DNA from: Camelus dromedarius
Lineage: Eukaryota
Assembly (NCBI RefSeq): GCF_036321535.1
Contig: NC_087454.1
Location: 21,266,001-21,330,000, forward strand
Length of the DNA stretch: 64,000 nt
Reading direction: 5' to 3'
Below, piece after piece: positions 58,251 through 64,000 of the stretch. How positions within the stretch are numbered: the stretch's first letter is position 1; each line of letters starts with the position of its first letter. The translations under genes were made by a program, and so were the position numbers. Below the pieces are notes generated by a model. The model was not told the origin of the DNA and did not search any database. It saw only the letters and a list, made by a program, of their open reading frames with translations.

Positions 58251-59661
58251 AATTGGGCCCTCCATGGCTGCATAGGGATGCAAGGAAGGTCGGGAGTCTC
58301 TTAAGAAGGAAATGAAATCTTTTCCATCCGCTGGGCTTTTGACAAGCCTTCTAGTGCTATTTTCCTACCTGCCAGGTAGTTTCCACGGCTTAATCGACTG
58401 TCCCTGACATTCCCTTCTACGGGCTGCGCGCTCCCTTGCCGCTGTCCAGCAGCTACTTCTACATCCAGGTGCCAACATCTCCCAGTCGTGAAATCATAAT
58501 ACATGCATGCAAATGAGCACAACGCGCTATACAGATGTGGTGGTGGTATTATTATTGCTATTGTTGTTGGTTTTGCTTTTCAAGCTCCACCACAGACTAA
58601 TGACCAACCAAGTAGGGACCTAGGTGGTTCTCTGTCCTTTTCTGGAGGAGGTCCTCGAGGCACAGGCGGTGATAACCAGTAGGCTGTGCTTTGTCCAGGA
58701 GCTCCAGGGCCTGAGGACGGGCAATGTAGGGCGGAGACTCTGAGGAGAATCTGTGCAAATTGCCGCTGTGAGAGCTGTGAGACGAAATGAGGCTCATAAA
58801 ATACCTCGAGTCTCGTCTCCTTTTCCTCTGGGAGAGCTGATGAAAGAACATGAGAGAAGAAACGGACTTTGACGCCCACCTCGCCCGCATCCCCACCTAG
58901 CCCAGCTTTAGGGACACTAGAAGGACTCGTGGAGGCAAAGCTGGGTCCAAACGTGAGCTTCTGGGAAAACCGAAAAGGTTAACACATTTCCAGTCCCTGA
59001 GATTCCCACTTCCTGCATCATTGCGCATTCCACAAATGGTGAGCATCTTTCTAGGACCACAGACCCTTACATCCCCAAGCTCTCAGAGTCCCAGAACCTC
59101 AAACCCTCCTTTCCGTTAAAGAATCCCACTTCTCTCCAATAGTCTAAGCCTATAGTCTTCAAATTGGGGAACATGAAAACACTCCAAAGGGTACTCGGAT
59201 TTGGAAGCTATAAGGGATTTAATTTCCAGAGCCTCAACTTTCCCAAAATTTGTCTTCCTGAGTAAATGCCTGCAGTAGAGCTTCTCCTTCTTTTTCCCTT
59301 TTACAATAGATTTTTTCCCTCTTTAAAAAGAAAAAGTATAGTCTCAACCATGCAATCTCCTGGGGATAATCTTACCTTGTCTTAAATAGACATGTAGCCA
59401 GGTTCTTTCATCAAACCACCATAAGCACCACCTCGTCTATGTCATTTAAAATATTATTTTTTATTTTAACAATTATGAGTTTGTACAATCTTTATGCTAT
59501 TCGACCAGTTCTGCTCTTATAATAATTGTAATGATAACCCAGAAGAAATTTTTCTAAAAAGCTAGAGTCGTATGGTTACAAGAAAGAAAAATAATTTTCA
59601 TTTCAGTTAATACATATGCAGGAACGTTTGATAGATAGGTCAATAAAAAGACTTTCAAGTT

Positions 59662-59750
59662 GGGGAGGGAAATAGCTCAGCGGTAGATCGCACGCTTAGC
59701 ATGTATGAGGTCTTGGGTTCAACCCTCAATTCCATTAAAAAAAAAAAAAG
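59662..59750 (+). mobile_element. tRNA-derived SINE (Vic-1 type)
   Basis: GGGGAGGGAAATAGCTCAGCGGTAG...GGGTTCAACCC..CCATTA plus poly(A). TSD CTTTCAAGT on both sides. Confidence 0.9.
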
Positions 59751-60283
59751 CTTTCAAGTATAAAAGCATAAAATTGTCTGTAGAGAAATAGAATGGTAAC
59801 AGGAGTTCTGGAAGAAAAGGAATGATAGAAGAAGAAAAGGAAAGATTCCCAATTGTATTTGGGGGGGTAATTAGGTTTTTTTTTAAATGGAGTTACTGGG
59901 TATCCCCCACTTTTAATGGAAGTACTGAGCTCCCCCACATCCCAATTATATTTTTAAATGTATTGTATTCTGATGTTTCAATTCCCTTGGACATTCAAAA
60001 GATTGATTTAATTGTTTTATTTTAAAATGTAAGTATTTTTATATGCCAGGAATTACATCCTTGAAACAATTTTAATTTATGATGAAAAATTTTAGATGCT
60101 CACTTAAAAATACTTGTACAAACTTTTTCAAAATTATTTCCCAGAGTATAGATGCAGAAATTTTAAGACAGCTAGCTGCTATAAGCTATCCAAGTGTCCC
60201 TCCCCGGCCCCCAACTATTGCCATTCCCCCGTCTCCCCTCTCACCTCCGTTGCAGGGAAAGAGGATGTTTATAGGAAAGGCGG

Positions 60284-60526
60284 TCACAATTCCAGCTCCT
60301 CCTCCTTCTGTGGTGTTCTCAGGAGCCAGTCCCCAAACTTTGCCCATGGTAGCAGCCACAGCAGCTTATACACAGCCTCCAGCATTAGCAGTGTCAGGAA
60401 GAGGACCAGAAAGATAAAGAAGGCCTTATCCATGGCCCGACGCAGAGGACCCCTGGGAGGAGAGGGACGCTGGGCAAATGCAAGGAACACATCCTCCTCG
60501 TCCACATCACCCTCCTCCTCGGCCAT
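60284..60526 (-). CDS. SMIM40: Small integral membrane protein 40, 80 aa
   Basis: MAEEEGDVDEEDVFLAFAQRPSPPRGPLRRAMDKAFFIFLVLFLTLLMLEAVYKLLWLLPW...EELEL*. Single hydrophobic span. Syntenic position upstream of DAXX. Confidence 0.9.
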   Translation of the reverse strand: MAEEEGDVDEEDVFLAFAQRPSPPRGPLRRAMDKAFFIFLVLFLTLLMLEAVYKLLWLLPWAKFGDWLLRTPQKEEELEL

Positions 60527-61709
60527 CCTAGCCCACAGTCTGATTCTGACAGCTTGCTGGCTCAGGGAGGCTGAGATGGAAGCCCTTACTCAGCGTTGCC
60601 AGGATTAAGGAGTATGGTGTTGGTAAATTCTGCACCTGTGTGGCTTGACCCCAATTCCCCCATACAGAGAAAGAAAGGATAGTAGGGCTTCTGAGCCTTT
60701 GGAATAATCAGTGCAATGTGAATGGCCTGGATTAAATAATTCCTAAAGTCTGCCCAGCTTTAGCATTTTATAATTCTATATTTCAGGAATTGAAGGCCCA
60801 ACATAGAGACATGCAAGCTGAAACTGCCCAAGTTAATCTGGGTCTCTAGGCTTAAGGCTCAAGGTCTTGGGCCCCTACAGAGAATGAGCAATGGACCTAG
60901 TATGCTACGGTAAGCGGCTCTCAATCAAGCATCATCTAAAGTCCATTCTGGCATTAACAGTGCGGGGGTGGGGGGCGGGAAGGAACTCTCCTAACCTAGG
61001 CGGGTGGGCGGGATTGGGAGGGTGGGATGGGCAGCGGGAGGGATGGGAAGGGGGAGGGTTGTGCAGAGGCGGCTCCAGTCGGCGCAGGCGTAGTTCTTCA
61101 AGTCTGCAGGCCGACAAAGATTGCAGGGCAGAAACCCAGCGGGCTGTCTTCCAGACTTTGAGGACGATTATAATTGGGCTGCAGGAGCCCAAGCGGAAGT
61201 TTATAAAAAGAGAAAGACCTTGATTGGTCAGCGGGGCGAGGGTAAATGATTGAGACTTAACTGTTGGGGCAATAAGAAGGAAGATTGAGGTTTTGTTTGA
61301 GGAGTCCTGATCTGAGTTGCTCGTGGGAAATTTCCAAGAGGCTGTCTTGGGGCAAGGGTTGAAGCCATTTTGACCAGGTTCTTGAGGGAAATCAAAGTCC
61401 GTGTGGAGACCTGCGGCCCACCTCCCCACCTCCCAAAAGTAGTGGTTGTTGGATGGAGTGTGGACAGCAGAGGAAGCGGCGCTTGAGGTAGTGGGCCTCA
61501 TATCTGGCGCTTCAAGGGTCTGTTACCTAAAACTCCATTTTGATTTTAATAAGACATTGTTTTCTTGGAAAGACCTTGTTTACCCCAAAATGGTACAAAC
61601 GATGTCACAATTTTGTTTACAGTCAACTCATATTATCGTGTGCTCCACCACAGGAGGTTACATTACGAATCAAAAAGCCTGGATCCGGGTCCGAACGAAT
61701 CACTAGTTG

Positions 61710-62048
61710 TGTTAAATTAATTAAACAAGGAGGCCATTAAACTGAGGGGGCTCTAACATCGTGGCAGCCTATCTTAGCAAGCCAAAGTCTAAACCCATCC
61801 AGGCCTCAAGCTTACGTAATCAAAATGGTAAAGGGCAACCAATCACACACAGCCGACTAGGTAGGTTTTAATCTACAGCCAATGAAATAATTTCCTTTCT
61901 CTGCTTCCACACTTTCTCCACTTAAGCCTTTCCCAGGGCTCAGATCTGAGGAATGCTCACAACCACTTCTGGTTTGACTCTACCCCATTCCAATGCATTT
62001 TTGCTCAAATAACTCAAATTTTTAACATGCCTCAGTTTCTTTTTAACA
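61710..62048 (+). mobile_element. ERV1-type (MER4-group-like) solo LTR, 339 bp
   Basis: Termini TGTTAAA...TTTAACA. 4-bp TSD GTTG at 61706-61709 and 62049-62052. Internal CCAAT boxes near 61839 and 61879. Confidence 0.8.
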
Positions 62049-62464
62049 GTTGTGTGAACAAGACCTTGGGCGAGTCACCTGACTTTTCTTTAGTTTTTTA
62101 TACAATTGAAAAACTTGCTCCAGATTTATCATGAATAAGGTGGTTTCGTTTTTTTTTTTTTATAAATAAATTATGAACTGCTGTGTAAATATAATGTATT
62201 GATTTCTGATACCCTCACTTGTGTCTCAGGCAAGTTTGAAATAAGGGCACCCAAACATCTTTATCATCTTCATACAGTTCCTTCCCCATGGTAGGTTCAG
62301 CACTAAGATCTTGTATAATACATAAACCTAGCACTTTATTGAATAAAAAAGTTTTTTGAAGTAATTGCAAACAATACCAGGAACTCTGGCATCTTTTTCA
62401 CCCTAATTCCCCATTTGTCAACGTTTTGCTATATTTGTTTATCTCTCAACTCCAATATAACCAT

Positions 62465-62936
62465 AAGTTATAGGTGTCACTCCAAAATTCAGATATTGTA
62501 GCCCTAACTCCCCATATCTCAGAATATGACCTTATTTGGAAATAGAGTTGTTGCAGATGTGATTCATTAAATTAAGAAGAGGTCATACTGCAGTCAGGTA
62601 AATCTTTAATCCAATATGACTGATGTCCTTATAAAAAGGGGAAATTTGGCACATACATGCATACAATGAGAACACCAGGTGAACATGAAGGCAGAGATAG
62701 GGTTGATGTGTCTACAAGCCAAGGAACACCAAAAATTGCCAGCAAACCAACAGACTACTCTGCTAGGAAAGAGTCATGGAACAAACTACTCTGTCACAGT
62801 CCTCAGAAAGAAACAACCCTGCCAACACTTTGATTGCAGACTTCTAAGCTTCAAAATTATGAGGCAATAAATTTCTATTGTTTAAGCCATCCTGTTTGTG
62901 GTACTTTGTTATGTACCTAGCCTAGCAAACTAATAT
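62465..62936 (+). mobile_element. MLT1B/C-like MaLR solo LTR
   Basis: CTCAGAATATGACCTTATTTGGAAATAG, TAATCCAATATGACTGATGTCCTTATAAAAAG, CAAGCCAAGGAACACC, AATAAATTTCTATTGTTTAAGCCA, CTAGCAAACTAATA. Confidence 0.85.
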
Positions 62937-62949
62937 ACCATTCTAATCA

Positions 62950-63090
62950 GGGAATCAAAAATTGACAAACCTCTGGCCAGGTTTACCAAGAAGAAAAGAG
63001 AGAGAACACAAATAAACAAAATGAAAAAGCAAAATGGGGAAATTACAACCAATACCACAGAAATACAAAAAACTGTAAGAGGAAATCAAC
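62950..63090 (+). mobile_element. LINE-1 ORF2 fragment, followed by older antisense L1M remnants to the window end
   Basis: AAAATTGACAAACCTCTGGCCAGG..ACCAAGAAGAAAAGAGAGAGAACACAAATAAACAAAAT..GAAATTACAACCAATACCACAGAAATACAAAAAA (IDKPLARL..KKKRERTQINK). Confidence 0.75.
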
Positions 63091-63550
63091 ACCACTATCC
63101 AATTCATAGGTACATTTCAGTTTTCATCAGCTTTCCCACTAATGTCTCTGTCCTTTCTGGCTCAGGACCACATACTGAATTTGTTGTCATATATCTGCAG
63201 TCTCCTTCAATCTAGGCAGTTCCTCTGTCCTTCCCTGTCTTTCATGAATCACTTTTAAAGTGTACATGCTTTTCATTTCTGTAAGATGTCCCTTAAACCT
63301 AAATGCATGTAAGGGCAACAGAGAAAAGATGTGCCTTTCTTGGTGAACCATAACAGAAGGTTCAGGGGGGGGAACCATCTCACCCCTGGTGCTGCCAAAC
63401 CAGTCTGGCAGGTTTTTCCATCATAAAGCCATCACTGTCCCTTTGTAATTCCTAGATATCTGAGACATCACCAAATCTACACCTATCTGCCTTAGCATCC
63501 ATGGATCACCCCCATGGGAATAAGCACGATGATGTTTATTAAATGATGAC

Positions 63551-63642
63551 TTTTGTTGTTGTTGTCAATGGAGGTATTGGGGACTGACCCCAGGACCTCA
63601 CGCATGCCAAGCATGTGCTCTACCACTGAGCTATGCACCCCC
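63551..63642 (-). mobile_element. tRNA-derived SINE (Vic-1 type)
   Basis: CAATGGAGGTATTGGGGACTGACCCCAGGACC...GCTCTACCACTGAGCTATGCACCCC. Flanked by ATGATGA repeats (TSD-like). Confidence 0.87.
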
Positions 63643-64000
63643 ATGATGATTTTTTTTTTCATTCCATCATTTCTTCTTCAGTTTTTGTCAGTCAACAATC
63701 TAGTATAAAAGAGAATATTTTCTCTCATTTATTTATATCATATGGACTTATGGATTCCTATTTTACTCGGTGAATTATAATCCATTACTATTGTATTTAT
63801 GTAGTCTGGACCCATGCATTTCTATTTTATTTAATTAATTGTAATCAGTTACTATCATTATTAATTTTATGTACAAATTATCCCAAATTTGGCAAATGAG
63901 AAAGCCCTTCCAGCTAGCTCCTGTGTCCTTTCAAAATGTTCTCAACATTATTTAAGCATTTCCTTACATTCTGGTACAACAGGTAATCCATTCTCAATTT

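Noticed and set aside
58580-58896. Two overlapping 99-aa minus-strand ORFs upstream of the DAXX promoter
   Set aside because: They most likely lie in the SMIM40 terminal 3'UTR exon. No recognisable protein family.

Overview
Mammalian genomic DNA from the gene-dense extended MHC class II region. It is very probably a camelid (alpaca or camel), inferred from about ten tRNA-derived Vic-1-type SINE copies. Gene order is VPS52(-), RPS18(+), B3GALT4(+), WDR46(-), PFDN6(+), RGL2(-), TAPBP/tapasin(-), ZBTB22(-), DAXX(-), SMIM40(-). I traced exon boundaries by hand and all sequenced exons join in frame. Two 164-N gaps hide parts of one RGL2 exon and one DAXX exon. Repeats include an old decayed L1, MLT1 LTRs, an ERV1-type solo LTR with an intact TSD, Tigger1, hAT MITEs and MIRs. 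I see no wholly new multi-gene system. The best second-look items are: two U12 minor-spliceosome introns in VPS52 (one AT-AC, one GT-AG); a strong-Kozak upstream ATG plus 5'UTR intron giving an out-of-frame ORF over the B3GALT4 start; an orphan triple-CCAAT CpG promoter beyond the VPS52 3' end with a nearly open minus-strand frame and a possible antisense transcript; a mirtron-like 81-nt PFDN6 intron; a recursive-splice-like junction at DAXX exon 6; and a chain of five co-oriented genes packed end to promoter. Repeat family names and human comparisons come from memory, not from a search.
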